A DNA stretch of 64,000 nt, from assembly GCA_965221585.1 (NCBI GenBank), contig OZ244898.1, positions 2,105,420 to 2,169,419 on the forward strand, in the 5' to 3' direction. Position numbers and translations under genes: made by a program. The notes beneath the pieces are model-generated. The model did not search any database and was not told the origin of the DNA. It saw only the letters and a list, made by a program, of their open reading frames with translations. This DNA comes from Candidatus Aldehydirespiratoraceae bacterium (GTDB lineage: Bacteria > Actinomycetota > Acidimicrobiia > Acidimicrobiales > Aldehydirespiratoraceae). Positions within the stretch are counted from its first letter, which is position 1; the number at the start of each line of letters is the position of its first letter. Positions 26,254 through 35,525 of the stretch are shown piece after piece.

Positions 26254-27470
26254 CCCGGAGAATCGGCGAACGCGACAGCATCATCAGCGGCATCGGCCAG
26301 TCGGAGGTCGGTAGACGACTGGGCCGAACACCAATGAGTCTCACCGTCGAAGCCTGTCTCGACGCGGTCACCGACGCTGGGCTGGAGATGAGCGACATCG
26401 ACGGTCTCGCCTCCTACCCCGGTGGCGCCATGGACGGATTGACACCGGGTTTTGCCGGACCCGGCACCGACGCGGTCCAGGACGCACTGCGCCTAGACCT
26501 GAACTGGCACAGCGCCGGTCCCGAGGGCCCGGCTCAGATCCAGGCGGTGATCAACGCCGCGGTTGCCGTGTCGGCCGGTTTGGCTCGCCATGTGCTGGTC
26601 TACCGGACCGTGTGGGAGTCCACCGCTCAAGGCTCGGGCAGACGCCAAGGCATAGGCGGTGCCGGCAGCGGTGGCGGCCAACAGGGGCCGCGCTTGGGTG
26701 GGGCCCTGCAGTACCTGCTGCCCTTCGGGGCTGTCTCGGCGGTCAACTGGCTGGCGATGAACGCCACCCGCCACTTCCATACCTACGGCACCACCCGCGA
26801 GACGCTCGGGACGATCGCGGTCAACACCCGCCGCAACGCTGGGCTCAACCCGAAGGCGATCTTCCGTGACCCGCTGACGATGGACGACTACCTTGACGCC
26901 CGAATCATCAGCACACCGCTGTGCCTGTTCGACTGCGACGTTCCGGTGGACGGGTCGACGGCTTTCGTGGTCTCCCACCGCGACCACGCACCCCACGTGC
27001 CCACGACAGCGGTTGCGATCAATGCCGTCGGCACCGCCCTGCACGGGCGGCCGTCATGGGATCAACGCCCGAAAATGGAGGAGTCGCCGTTGCGCGCCGC
27101 GGCCGACACCATGTGGGCGCGCACGGAACTGACCCGCGCCGATGTCGACACCGCGCAGTTGTACGACGGCTTCAGCATCATCACGCTCATGGCGATCGAA
27201 GCCCTGGGGTTCTGCGCTGTCGGCGAGGCCAAGGACTACCTGCAAGGCGGCCACCGCATCGCCCTGGAGGGCGAACTGCCACTCAACACCGCAGGCGGGC
27301 AGCTGTCCGCAGGCCGACTGCACGGTTTCGGGCTGCTGCACGAAGCCTGTGTGCAGCTGCGCGGCCAAGGAGGCGAGCGCCAGGTTCAAGGCGACCCTGA
27401 GGTTGCGGTCGTCGCCAACGGCGGCGGCCCGGTGGCCGGCACCATGCTCGTCACCCGAGGCGTCGGCTGA
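26250..27470 (+). CDS. thiolase-like / SCPx-type lipid-transfer protein
   Basis: 406 aa thiolase-fold protein. ATGA overlap with the DUF35 gene, the usual DUF35-thiolase pairing. Confidence 0.8.
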   Translation: MTRRIGERDSIISGIGQSEVGRRLGRTPMSLTVEACLDAVTDAGLEMSDIDGLASYPGGAMDGLTPGFAGPGTDAVQDALRLDLNWHSAGPEGPAQIQAVINAAVAVSAGLARHVLVYRTVWESTAQGSGRRQGIGGAGSGGGQQGPRLGGALQYLLPFGAVSAVNWLAMNATRHFHTYGTTRETLGTIAVNTRRNAGLNPKAIFRDPLTMDDYLDARIISTPLCLFDCDVPVDGSTAFVVSHRDHAPHVPTTAVAINAVGTALHGRPSWDQRPKMEESPLRAAADTMWARTELTRADVDTAQLYDGFSIITLMAIEALGFCAVGEAKDYLQGGHRIALEGELPLNTAGGQLSAGRLHGFGLLHEACVQLRGQGGERQVQGDPEVAVVANGGGPVAGTMLVTRGVG

Positions 27471-27539
27471 CCTCCCCAGCCTCGACCGCCACGCGCCTTC
27501 GCTGCGCCAAAGACGCCCGCGCTAGCCGCAGCGCCTCCA

Positions 27540-28460
27540 CTACCCAAAGGCAAACCCCTCGATCAGGGCGGCGAGTTCGACCGGGGTGTCTCCCTGGACG
27601 CTGTGTCCGGCGTCGGGCACATGTTCAATGCGCGCGGACGGACAGCGGCGAAGCAGCTCAGCTTCATCGGCATCGTCCACCACCGACTGCTCACGCATGC
27701 CGCTCACAAGCATCAACGGAACCTGCAGTTCAGACACCACATCCCAAAGATCCCCGAACCTCGGGAAGCCATCACCACTCCCCCGGGTTTCGCTGGCACG
27801 AAAACGCGCATAACGCCAGACCCACGAACCGTCGGCGCGCTGCTCGGCATTGTGCAGGATGCCCCGACGCAGCGACTCGACAGTCCGAGTCGGGTTGAAC
27901 TCGATGGTCCGCGCCAGCAGATCCTCGAAGCTGTCGAAGCTCTCAGGCCCGTCGATGAACGCGGCAATATGGCCGCTCTTGCCCTCGTCGACACCCGGAG
28001 TCACATCAACCAGCACTGCGCGACGCACCAGTTCCGGAGCCTGATCGGCAAGCGCCAAAAGGGTCATGCCCCCAAGCGACATTCCAACCACGGCGTCGGC
28101 TTCGGGGGCGAGAGCCCGAACCGCCGCCGCGACATCGGCAGCATTGCCGAAAACGTCGGTGCTGTTCGACCCCAGTGCCGCAGCACCAGAATGTCCATGA
28201 CCGGGGAGATCAATACACACCAGGGGGCGGTCCAAAGCCAGAGCAACCGTGTCCCAGGTATGGGCATTCTGAGCGCCTCCATGCAAAAAGACGAGTTCAG
28301 GCAGCCCATCGCCCCAGACCAAGGCACTCAGGTGGCGTCCGTCGCCAAGTTCCACGTTCTCCCGTCGCACAACAGGCGGACCGTCATAGGGCAGCCCGAA
28401 CTCGGAAGCGTTCTCGTGAAACATCGAGAACTCGTCGTAGGGCACCATCTCAACGGTCAT
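27540..28460 (-). CDS. alpha/beta hydrolase
   Basis: HGGAQNAHTW, GMSLGG nucleophile elbow, AGHSV C-terminal His motif. Confidence 0.8.
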   Translation of the reverse strand: MTVEMVPYDEFSMFHENASEFGLPYDGPPVVRRENVELGDGRHLSALVWGDGLPELVFLHGGAQNAHTWDTVALALDRPLVCIDLPGHGHSGAAALGSNSTDVFGNAADVAAAVRALAPEADAVVGMSLGGMTLLALADQAPELVRRAVLVDVTPGVDEGKSGHIAAFIDGPESFDSFEDLLARTIEFNPTRTVESLRRGILHNAEQRADGSWVWRYARFRASETRGSGDGFPRFGDLWDVVSELQVPLMLVSGMREQSVVDDADEAELLRRCPSARIEHVPDAGHSVQGDTPVELAALIEGFAFG

Positions 28461-28473
28461 TCGACACCTCCAA

Positions 28474-29112
28474 CTATTTCGTCTCGCGGTCGAGCAGCGA
28501 GATCACCATCGCAGCCATCGCTTGCGCATCACCGTCATCGGGGACCAGGCGAAGCTCGGGGTCCAACGGCGGTTCGTAGGGATCGTCTATGCCGGTGAAA
28601 CCGCTGATCTCACCGGCCCGCGCCCTGGCATACAGACCCTTGGAATCACGCTTCTCACAAACATCGAGCGGGGTGTCCACGAACACCTCGATAAACGGGA
28701 TCTGCGCCGCTTCATGGAGCGCCCGCGCATTGGCCCTCGCCGCGCGGTAAGGCGAAACCAGAGGGATCAACGAGACCGCGCCGGCATCCGCCAACAAACG
28801 CCCGACCTCGGCGACACGGCGCACGTTCTCATTGCGGTCCGCAGCCGAGAAACCCAGATCGCCATTGAGTCCGTGACGAACGTTGTCACCGTCGAGCACA
28901 TAGGCAAGACGCCCGGAGGTGACCAGAGACCTCTCCACAGCAACCGCCACACTGGACTTTCCCGAGCCCGACAAACCGGTGAACCATACAGTCGCCCCGC
29001 GTTGACCCAGAGCCTTCCATCGCTGCTCCCGCGACAGATGCCCCTGATGCCAGACGATGTTGGAGGAGGCTTCGCTCACTGCGACTCGGCCCTCATCAAG
29101 ACGCCGTGCCAA
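28474..29112 (-). CDS. cysC: adenylyl-sulfate (APS) kinase
   Basis: FTGLSGSGKSS P-loop and VLDGDNVRHGLN motif. Start could be ATG 29112 (17-nt overlap with cysN) or GTG 29079. Confidence 0.85.
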   Translation of the reverse strand: MARRLDEGRVAVSEASSNIVWHQGHLSREQRWKALGQRGATVWFTGLSGSGKSSVAVAVERSLVTSGRLAYVLDGDNVRHGLNGDLGFSAADRNENVRRVAEVGRLLADAGAVSLIPLVSPYRAARANARALHEAAQIPFIEVFVDTPLDVCEKRDSKGLYARARAGEISGFTGIDDPYEPPLDPELRLVPDDGDAQAMAAMVISLLDRETK

Positions 29113-30352
29113 GGATCATCCCCGCACCCACGGTCACGTTGCTGGCTTCGTCGATCAGCACGAAACTGCCGGTCTGGCGGTTCCGCCGGAACTCATCGAA
29201 GAACAGAGGCACCTGACTGCGGATCCGTACCCGCCCGATCTCGTTGAGCGACAGCTGAGACGCACTGTCGTCGCGGTGCAGGGTATTGATGTCCAGCTGA
29301 TAGGTCAGTTCCTTGACGATGGCCTTGGTCGAGCGCGTGGTGTGCTTGATCACGAACTTGCTGTTCGGATACAACGAGACGCGCTCGCTCATCCAGCAGA
29401 CCATCGCATCGATGTCTTGAGCCACGGTCGGCTGATTGTTGGGCCGCACAATCATGTCGCCCCGTGAGATGTCAATCTCGTCGTTGAGCCGAATCGTGAC
29501 CGCCATCGGCGAGAACGCCTCGGCGACGGGACCATCGAAAGTCTCGATGCTCTTGATGGTCGAGGAGAAGCCCGACGCCAGCACCGTCACCTCGTCACCG
29601 GTGCGCAGGACACCGCCCGCAACAGTTCCCGCATAGCCGCGGTAGTCGTGATATTGATCGGACTGAGGGCGGATCACGTACTGCACCGGGAAGCGGGCAT
29701 CGATCAGGTTGCGGTCCGACGCAATGTGAACCTCCTCGAGGTGATGCAGCAACGACGGCCCCTGATACCACTCCATGTTGGCCGAACGGTCGACAATGTT
29801 GTCCCCGTGCAGCGCAGAAACCGGAATGAACGTCAGATCCGCGATGTTGAGCTTCGCTGCGAAGTCCCGGAACTCATTGCGGACCTCCTCGAATCGCTGC
29901 TGGTCGTAGTCGACAAGGTCCATCTTGTTGACCGCCAGAACCAGATGCGGGATCCGCAGCAGCGAAGCCAGGAAGGCATGGCGCTTCGACTGTTCCAGCA
30001 CGCCCTTGCGGGCATCGATCAGGACGATCGCCAGATCGGCTGTGGAAGCCCCCGTCACCATGTTGCGGGTGTACTGAATGTGACCCGGGGTGTCGGCGAT
30101 TATGAACTTTCGCCGCGGCGTCGCGAAGTAGCGGTAGGCCACGTCGATGGTGATGCCCTGCTCGCGCTCAGCCCGGAGTCCGTCAGTGAGGAGCGCCAGG
30201 TTTGTGTATTCGGTGCCCATCTGGGCCGAAGCCTTCTCGACGGCCTCTATCTGGTCCTCGAAGATCGTCTTGGTGTCGTACAGCAGTCGACCGATGAGCG
30301 TCGACTTGCCGTCGTCAACCGAGCCCGCGGTGGCGAAGCGGAGCATCTCCAT
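29096..30352 (-). CDS. cysN: sulfate adenylyltransferase subunit 1 (GTPase)
   Basis: GSVDDGKST G1, DTPGH G3, NKMD G4. ATG 30352 overlaps the cysD TGA by 1 nt. The ORF-track 5' extension is discounted. Confidence 0.9.
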   Translation of the reverse strand: MEMLRFATAGSVDDGKSTLIGRLLYDTKTIFEDQIEAVEKASAQMGTEYTNLALLTDGLRAEREQGITIDVAYRYFATPRRKFIIADTPGHIQYTRNMVTGASTADLAIVLIDARKGVLEQSKRHAFLASLLRIPHLVLAVNKMDLVDYDQQRFEEVRNEFRDFAAKLNIADLTFIPVSALHGDNIVDRSANMEWYQGPSLLHHLEEVHIASDRNLIDARFPVQYVIRPQSDQYHDYRGYAGTVAGGVLRTGDEVTVLASGFSSTIKSIETFDGPVAEAFSPMAVTIRLNDEIDISRGDMIVRPNNQPTVAQDIDAMVCWMSERVSLYPNSKFVIKHTTRSTKAIVKELTYQLDINTLHRDDSASQLSLNEIGRVRIRSQVPLFFDEFRRNRQTGSFVLIDEASNVTVGAGMILGTAS

Positions 30353-31257
30353 CAGAAGTAGCCCTCCTTCTTGCGGTCCTCCATCGCCGCTTCGGACACC
30401 TTGTCGTCGGCGCGGGTCGCACCCCGCTCGGTGATCCGAGTCGCGGCCACCTCCTCGATGATCTTGTCGAGGGTGTCGGCACTCGACGGAACGGCACCGG
30501 TGCAACTCATGTCGCCGACGGTGCGATACCTGACCGTCTCAGTGAAAGGCTCCTCCCCTTCCATCAAGGTGATGTAGGGGCCAGTCGACAGCAGAACGGA
30601 ATCGCGTTCGAACACCTCACGCTGGTGCGCGAAATAGACCGACGGGATCTCAATCTCCTCGTCCTTGATGTACTGCCAGACATCCAACTCGGTGTAGTTG
30701 CTGATCGGGAACACCCTGATGTGCTCACCCATCCGGATCCGACCGTTGTAGAGGCTCCAGAGTTCGGGGCGCTGGTTCTTGGGGTCCCACTGGCCGAACT
30801 CGTCACGAAACGAGTAGACCCGTTCCTTGGCCCTCGCCTTCTCCTCATCGCGGCGAGCACCGCCGAAGAGCGCATCGAAGCGGTGCTGGGCGATTGCATG
30901 GAGCAGCACCGCGGTCTGAAGCCGGTTGCGGCTCGCCCTGGGACCGGTCTCCTCGGTGACCCTTTTGGCATCGATCGCCTCCTGCACCGACGCGACCACG
31001 AGCCGCACTCCGAGTTCGGCCACCCGACGATCCCGAAACTCAAGGACCTCAGCGAAGTTGTGGCCCGTATCGACGTGCATCACCACGAACGGCATCTTCG
31101 CAGGCCAGAACGCCTTCTGAGCGATGTGCAACATGACGATGCTGTCCTTGCCGCCCGAGAACAACAGACAGGGGTTCTCGAACTCCGCTGCCACCTCGCG
31201 GAAGATGTGAATCGATTCCGCCTCGAGTTGGCGCAGATGGGAGAGATCGAAAGACAT
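30352..31257 (-). CDS. cysD: sulfate adenylyltransferase subunit 2
   Basis: LLFSGGKDS PP-loop motif. 301 aa from ATG 31257 (MSFDLSHLRQLEAESIHIFREV). The ORF-track extension to 31860 is antisense to cysQ. Confidence 0.9.
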   Translation of the reverse strand: MSFDLSHLRQLEAESIHIFREVAAEFENPCLLFSGGKDSIVMLHIAQKAFWPAKMPFVVMHVDTGHNFAEVLEFRDRRVAELGVRLVVASVQEAIDAKRVTEETGPRASRNRLQTAVLLHAIAQHRFDALFGGARRDEEKARAKERVYSFRDEFGQWDPKNQRPELWSLYNGRIRMGEHIRVFPISNYTELDVWQYIKDEEIEIPSVYFAHQREVFERDSVLLSTGPYITLMEGEEPFTETVRYRTVGDMSCTGAVPSSADTLDKIIEEVAATRITERGATRADDKVSEAAMEDRKKEGYF

Positions 31258-31323
31258 CTGAGCCAAGGTTACGCCCAGCGCCACGCCGCCCCCACATCCA
31301 AGCTGCCTCCCATCCACAAGGCG

Positions 31324-32157
31324 ATGCGGATTGATTTGTCTAAAGGGAAGGCGGCTGCTGGAATCTGCACCATCGGAGTCGAACCAACCAACGCCTCGAT
31401 CGAGGACCATCGTCTTGCGGCTCGATTGGCCGACGAAGCGGGTCGCCTGCTGGTCGAACTGCGCGCTCGGCTGCACGCTCAGGATGCTCCACCAGCGGTG
31501 ATCAAGGCGCAAGGTGACCGGCAATCCCATGAGTTCCTCGTCGAGAAGCTGCGAGCAGCTCGTCCCGACGACGCGATCCTGTCTGAGGAGAGCCCCGACG
31601 ACCCCGTGAGACTCAGCGCTCAACGCACCTGGATCGTCGACCCTCTCGACGGGACCCGTGAGTTCTCCGAAGTTCCTCGCACTGACTGGGCGGTCCATGT
31701 GGCCCTCGTGGCCGACAGCCGTCCCATCGCCGGGGCGGTCGCACTCCCCGGTCTCGGCCTGGTCTTCAGCACCGCAGACCCGCAGCCCCTCGCGCCGCTG
31801 CAGGCTTCTCCGCCACGCCTGATCGTCTCGCGCACCAGGCCGCCCGCCGCGGCCGTCCACGTTGCGAACGACCTCGGTGCCGATCTGGTGGAGATGGGCT
31901 CTGCAGGCGCCAAGACCATGTCAGTGCTGCGCGGCGAGAGCGAAATATACGCCCACAGCGGAGGCCAGTACGAGTGGGACTCCTGCGCACCGGTGGCCGT
32001 GGCCGCAGCGGCGGGGTGCCACGTGAGCCGCATCAACGGCGACGAACTTCTCTACAACCAACCAGACCCGTATCTTCCCGACCTGCTTGTCTGTCGCGTC
32101 GAGTTCGCGGAGGCCACCCTCAACAGCCTGGCCAACTTCGCCGACCAGACATGTTGA
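31324..32157 (+). CDS. cysQ: 3'(2'),5'-bisphosphate nucleotidase (inositol monophosphatase family)
   Basis: WIVDPLDGTREF metal-binding motif and EWDSCAP motif. Divergent from cysD. Start ATG 31324 (TTG 31336 is possible). Confidence 0.8.
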   Translation: MRIDLSKGKAAAGICTIGVEPTNASIEDHRLAARLADEAGRLLVELRARLHAQDAPPAVIKAQGDRQSHEFLVEKLRAARPDDAILSEESPDDPVRLSAQRTWIVDPLDGTREFSEVPRTDWAVHVALVADSRPIAGAVALPGLGLVFSTADPQPLAPLQASPPRLIVSRTRPPAAAVHVANDLGADLVEMGSAGAKTMSVLRGESEIYAHSGGQYEWDSCAPVAVAAAAGCHVSRINGDELLYNQPDPYLPDLLVCRVEFAEATLNSLANFADQTC

Positions 32158-32831
32158 GCCGCAAGCTGGTGGCCGAGGCCACCGGGACAGCGTTCCTGCT
32201 GATCGGCGTGGTCGGGTCCGGCATCATGGCGGAACGACTCTCACCTGACGATGTCGGTCTGCAGCTCTTCCAGAACGCCGCGGCCACGGCCGCGGTCCTG
32301 CTGGCCATCATCGTCATGTTCGGTCCGGTATCGGGAGCACACTTCAACCCGGTCGTGACGATCGCCGACTGGGCGCTGGGGAGCTTCCCCCGGCGCCACA
32401 TCGCCGCATACATCGCCGCGCAGCTGAGCGGGGCGGTGGCCGGGACCGTGTTGGCCAACCTGATGTTCGACCTCGACGCCATCGACTGGTCAACCAAGAC
32501 CAGGTCGGCCTCGCACCTGTGGCTCGGAGAAGTGATCGCCACCGTCGGCCTGCTCGCCGTCATCTTCGCACTGGTGCGCAGCGGAAGGCTCCACCTGATC
32601 GCCGGATCGGTGGCCGCCTACATCGGCGGGGCCTACTACTTCACGTCCTCCACCAGCTTCGCGAACCCCGCGGTGACGGTCGGCCGGATGTTCTCCGACA
32701 CGTTCGCTGGGATCGAACCCGGATCAGCGCCGATGTTCATCCTGATGCAACTGATCGGCCTGTTGATCGCCGTGGGCCTGATCCGCTTCATCTATCCCGA
32801 TACCCGACCCGAGGGGTCCGGCCCCGCCTGA
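32151..32831 (+). CDS. MIP/aquaporin-family channel
   Basis: Two half-helix signatures, HFNPVVT and FANPAVT; 226 aa, 6 TM. The ATG overlaps the cysQ stop (ATGTTGA). Confidence 0.85.
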   Translation: MLSRKLVAEATGTAFLLIGVVGSGIMAERLSPDDVGLQLFQNAAATAAVLLAIIVMFGPVSGAHFNPVVTIADWALGSFPRRHIAAYIAAQLSGAVAGTVLANLMFDLDAIDWSTKTRSASHLWLGEVIATVGLLAVIFALVRSGRLHLIAGSVAAYIGGAYYFTSSTSFANPAVTVGRMFSDTFAGIEPGSAPMFILMQLIGLLIAVGLIRFIYPDTRPEGSGPA

Positions 32832-32856
32832 ACCCGTCGGAGAACCCTCTCCCATC

Positions 32857-32977
32857 TCCCCCTAGCCCTGTCTCTTATGCCCGCTAGCCCTGTCTCTTAT
32901 CCCCGCTAGCCCTGTCTCTTATCCCCGCTAGCCCTGTCTCTTATCCCCGCTAGCCCTGTCTCTTATCCCCGCTAGCA
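32857..32977. repeat. 22-bp tandem repeat, 5 full plus 1 partial copies (CCCCGCTAGCCCTGTCTCTTAT)
   Basis: CTAG anchors at 32862, 32884, 32906, 32928, 32950 and 32972, exactly 22 bp apart. GCTAGC palindrome in five units. The array starts 26 nt after the MIP stop and ends 9 nt before the nucS ATG. Confidence 0.95.
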
Positions 32978-32985
32978 TCGCGCGG

Positions 32986-33651
32986 ATGCGTCTCGTCGTC
33001 GCGCGCTGCACAGTTGACTACCAGGGGCGGCTGCAAGCCCACCTGCCCGAAGCAGTGCGCCTTTTGATGGTCAAGGCCGATGGCAGCGTGGCGATCCACG
33101 CAGACGGAGGCGCCTACAAACCCCTCAACTGGATGAATCCCCCGAACCGCCTCGTCGAGGACGCCGAAGAGGGCCGCTGGACCGTCACCAACCCCAAGGG
33201 CGAGACCCTGACCATCACCCTCCACGACGTGATCAGCGACATGTCAATCGAGATGGGACGAGACCCTGGTCTCCAAAAGGACGGTGTCGAGGCCCACTTG
33301 CAGGAGCTTCTGGCCGACGATCCCACATCCATCACCGAAGGCCTGCGTCTGGTGCGTCGCGAATTCCCCACGAGTATCGGCCCCGTTGACCTGATGTGCC
33401 GCGACGCCGATGGGGTCGCGGTGGCCGTGGAGGTCAAACGCCGAGGCGAAATCGACGGAGTCGAGCAACTCAGCCGCTACCTCGACTTTCTGAACCGTGA
33501 TCCGGCGCTGCGGCCGGTTCGGGGAGTGTTCGTGGCCCAGGAGATCAAACCTCAGGCGAAGGTACTGGCCGAGGACCGTGAGATCGAATGCGTCGAGGTG
33601 GACTACGACGAACTTCGAGGCATCGAATCACCCAACCCGAGACTCTTCTAG
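32986..33651 (+). CDS. nucS: endonuclease NucS (EndoMS, mismatch-specific)
   Basis: [17 protein letters not shown]-terminus and C-terminal RecB-like nuclease motifs (VDLMCRD...[10 protein letters not shown]); 221 aa. Confidence 0.9.
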   Translation: MRLVVARCTVDYQGRLQAHLPEAVRLLMVKADGSVAIHADGGAYKPLNWMNPPNRLVEDAEEGRWTVTNPKGETLTITLHDVISDMSIEMGRDPGLQKDGVEAHLQELLADDPTSITEGLRLVRREFPTSIGPVDLMCRDADGVAVAVEVKRRGEIDGVEQLSRYLDFLNRDPALRPVRGVFVAQEIKPQAKVLAEDREIECVEVDYDELRGIESPNPRLF

Positions 33652-33683
33652 GAGCCGATTTATAGGGCTGACGACCTATACCA

Positions 33684-35525
33684 TTGGGCACCGTGCGAAA
33701 GGCCCTTGTGGTGGTAGTCGGAACGGTCATCCTGATCGTGATCGCCTGGATCATCGACGATGTGGTGAACGGCACCGACATCCCCAGGGGTGTCGAAATC
33801 GATGACATCTCGGTCGGGTCGATGACTCGTGAACAAGCGGCTGCACAGCTGGCGGAGCACCCCTCGCTCGACAGACCGATCACCCTGGTGTGGGACCAGG
33901 CCAACGTCACCGCCACCGCATCCGAGTACGGGATCAGCATCGACATCGAGTCCACACTCGACGAAGCCGCCGAGAGCGGCGGCGCCGCCCAACCGTTCCG
34001 CTGGCTGTTCTCACCGATCGCGAACCGCCGCCTGACCCCCCACTACCTGCTCGACCGAAACACCCTCGTGGAACTGCTCGGCGAGGGGGCCGACGCCGTG
34101 CTCCTAGTAGACCCGGAAGGAGTGGGCGTGGCACTCGCCGACGGGATGTTCGTCGCCACGGACACAGCCAAGATACCCATCGTCGACATAGCTGAACTCG
34201 AGCGGCTGCTGCTGGCCGAGGTAGCGGCGCAGGACCCGAACCCTGTCGCCCTGCCGATTCTGGGGAGCGAGGCAATAGACGTCGGCGGCGCCGAACTGGC
34301 GCGGTACGCCAACGAACTGACCCAGGAAGGCATCGAAGTGGCGCTTCTCGGTTTCTCCGAGTACCACAAGATCCCCGACCGCGTGCTGCGGCAATGGGTG
34401 CGTTTCAGCTCCGACGGCGAAATTTCGCTGGACAACGACTCCGTTGTCTCGACGCTGGCCGCCCTGTTCGTCGGTCTCGGCGACCCCGGTCAGGAGACGA
34501 CGTTCTTCGTCGACTACGCGGACAACATCCACATTGTCGGTGGAGCTCCCGGAAGCGTGTGTTGCGAGCACGACACAGGCGAGCGGATCCTGCAGGCACT
34601 GGTCGCGGGCCACAGCCAGGTCCAGGTGCGTCCCACTGAAGACCCCGACGCCAAGGGCGTGGCCTGGGCCGAGTCGCTGGGAATCAAAGAGGTTGTCGGC
34701 CAGTTCACAACCAGATTCGCTCCCAACCAGCCGCGTGTGATCAATATCTTCCGCATCGTTGAACTGACTCAAGGGGCGGTCATCGAACCCGGGGAGACCT
34801 TCTCAGTCAACGGTTACGTCGGCCCTCGAACCGCTGAGAACGGTTTCGTGCCCGCAGGGATGATCTACGAGGGCGTCTTCATCGACTCTGTTGGCGGAGG
34901 AATCTCCCAGTATGCGACAACGCTGTTCAACGCCGCGTTCTTCGCGGGCCTCGACTTCGGCACGTACCAAAGCCATTCGATCTACCTTCCGCGCTATCCC
35001 TACGGTCGCGAAGCGACGGTCTCACATCCTGCGCCCGACCTCCAGATAGTCAACAACACGCCCTACGGGGTGCTGATCTGGCCGACCGTCACCGAGGACT
35101 CGATCACCGTCCGTCTCTTCTCGACGCGCACCGCCTTCGCGGAGCAGACGGGCCAGACGACCGAGCAGCACGGCCTGGTCTGCACCAACGTGTTCACGGA
35201 GCGGACCAGGACTTTCGTGGAGGACGGACGTCGGGAGGTCGACACGGTTCTTGCCCGCTACCACCCGGAGGGAGAACTCTGCGACGGAACCCCGAGCGTT
35301 TCCACGACCACGACAGACCCCGAAGGCGACACCGACAACGACGACGGTCCCCACGACGGCGAAGGCCCGGACAACGACGACGTGGACGACGGTGAAGACC
35401 CCGACGACGGTGCTAACGACGGGACTGACGATGTCGAGGACGGCAGCGGGGATCAGGATCGCGACGACGCGGCTGTCGACGGCGGCACGGCTGACCACAG
35501 CACCGAGCAGGGCCCCTCAACATGA
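33684..35525 (+). CDS. VanW-family protein with N-terminal TM anchor and acidic Asp-rich C-terminal tail
   Basis: VanW core (FSVNGYVGPRTAENGF...GGGISQYATTLFNAAFFAGL...YPYGREATV). The N-terminal hydrophobic segment and the final about 75 aa are D/G/E low complexity. Confidence 0.8.
   Translation: MGTVRKALVVVVGTVILIVIAWIIDDVVNGTDIPRGVEIDDISVGSMTREQAAAQLAEHPSLDRPITLVWDQANVTATASEYGISIDIESTLDEAAESGGAAQPFRWLFSPIANRRLTPHYLLDRNTLVELLGEGADAVLLVDPEGVGVALADGMFVATDTAKIPIVDIAELERLLLAEVAAQDPNPVALPILGSEAIDVGGAELARYANELTQEGIEVALLGFSEYHKIPDRVLRQWVRFSSDGEISLDNDSVVSTLAALFVGLGDPGQETTFFVDYADNIHIVGGAPGSVCCEHDTGERILQALVAGHSQVQVRPTEDPDAKGVAWAESLGIKEVVGQFTTRFAPNQPRVINIFRIVELTQGAVIEPGETFSVNGYVGPRTAENGFVPAGMIYEGVFIDSVGGGISQYATTLFNAAFFAGLDFGTYQSHSIYLPRYPYGREATVSHPAPDLQIVNNTPYGVLIWPTVTEDSITVRLFSTRTAFAEQTGQTTEQHGLVCTNVFTERTRTFVEDGRREVDTVLARYHPEGELCDGTPSVSTTTTDPEGDTDNDDGPHDGEGPDNDDVDDGEDPDDGANDGTDDVEDGSGDQDRDDAAVDGGTADHSTEQGPST

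Noticed and set aside
30625-32157. Over-long ORF-track models (30625-32157, 30352-31860, 9404-11422, 593-1495, 3505-5370, 29096-30505, 48668-49441, 57152-58639) taken at face value
   Set aside because: The 5' portions overlap well-supported genes on the other strand and lack homology-like sequence. Family-consistent internal starts, often with SD or -10 signals or start/stop coupling, were used instead.
32868-32878. CTGTCTCTTAT inside every repeat unit equals the first 11 nt of the Tn5 mosaic-end / Nextera adapter (CTGTCTCTTATACACATCT), raising the possibility of adapter contamination or an assembly artefact
   Set aside because: The match stops after 11 nt (the next bases are CCCCGCTAGC, not ACACATCT). 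The unit is repeated in perfect 22-bp phase, and it is embedded between two intact genes with sensible spacing. Chance similarity is more likely, but read-level verification of the array is still advisable.
32857-32977. Possible CRISPR array, because of regularly spaced identical short repeats
   Set aside because: The units are directly adjacent with a 22-bp period and no spacers. That is far shorter than CRISPR repeat-plus-spacer periodicity, and there are no cas genes in the window. It is a simple tandem repeat.
35290-35525. GAC-rich low-complexity DNA at the end of the VanW gene as a separate repeat element or frameshifted region
   Set aside because: It stays in frame with the VanW ORF, encodes a continuous Asp/Gly/Glu tail, and ends in the ATGA junction with the next gene. 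It is a compositionally biased C-terminal tail rather than an independent element.
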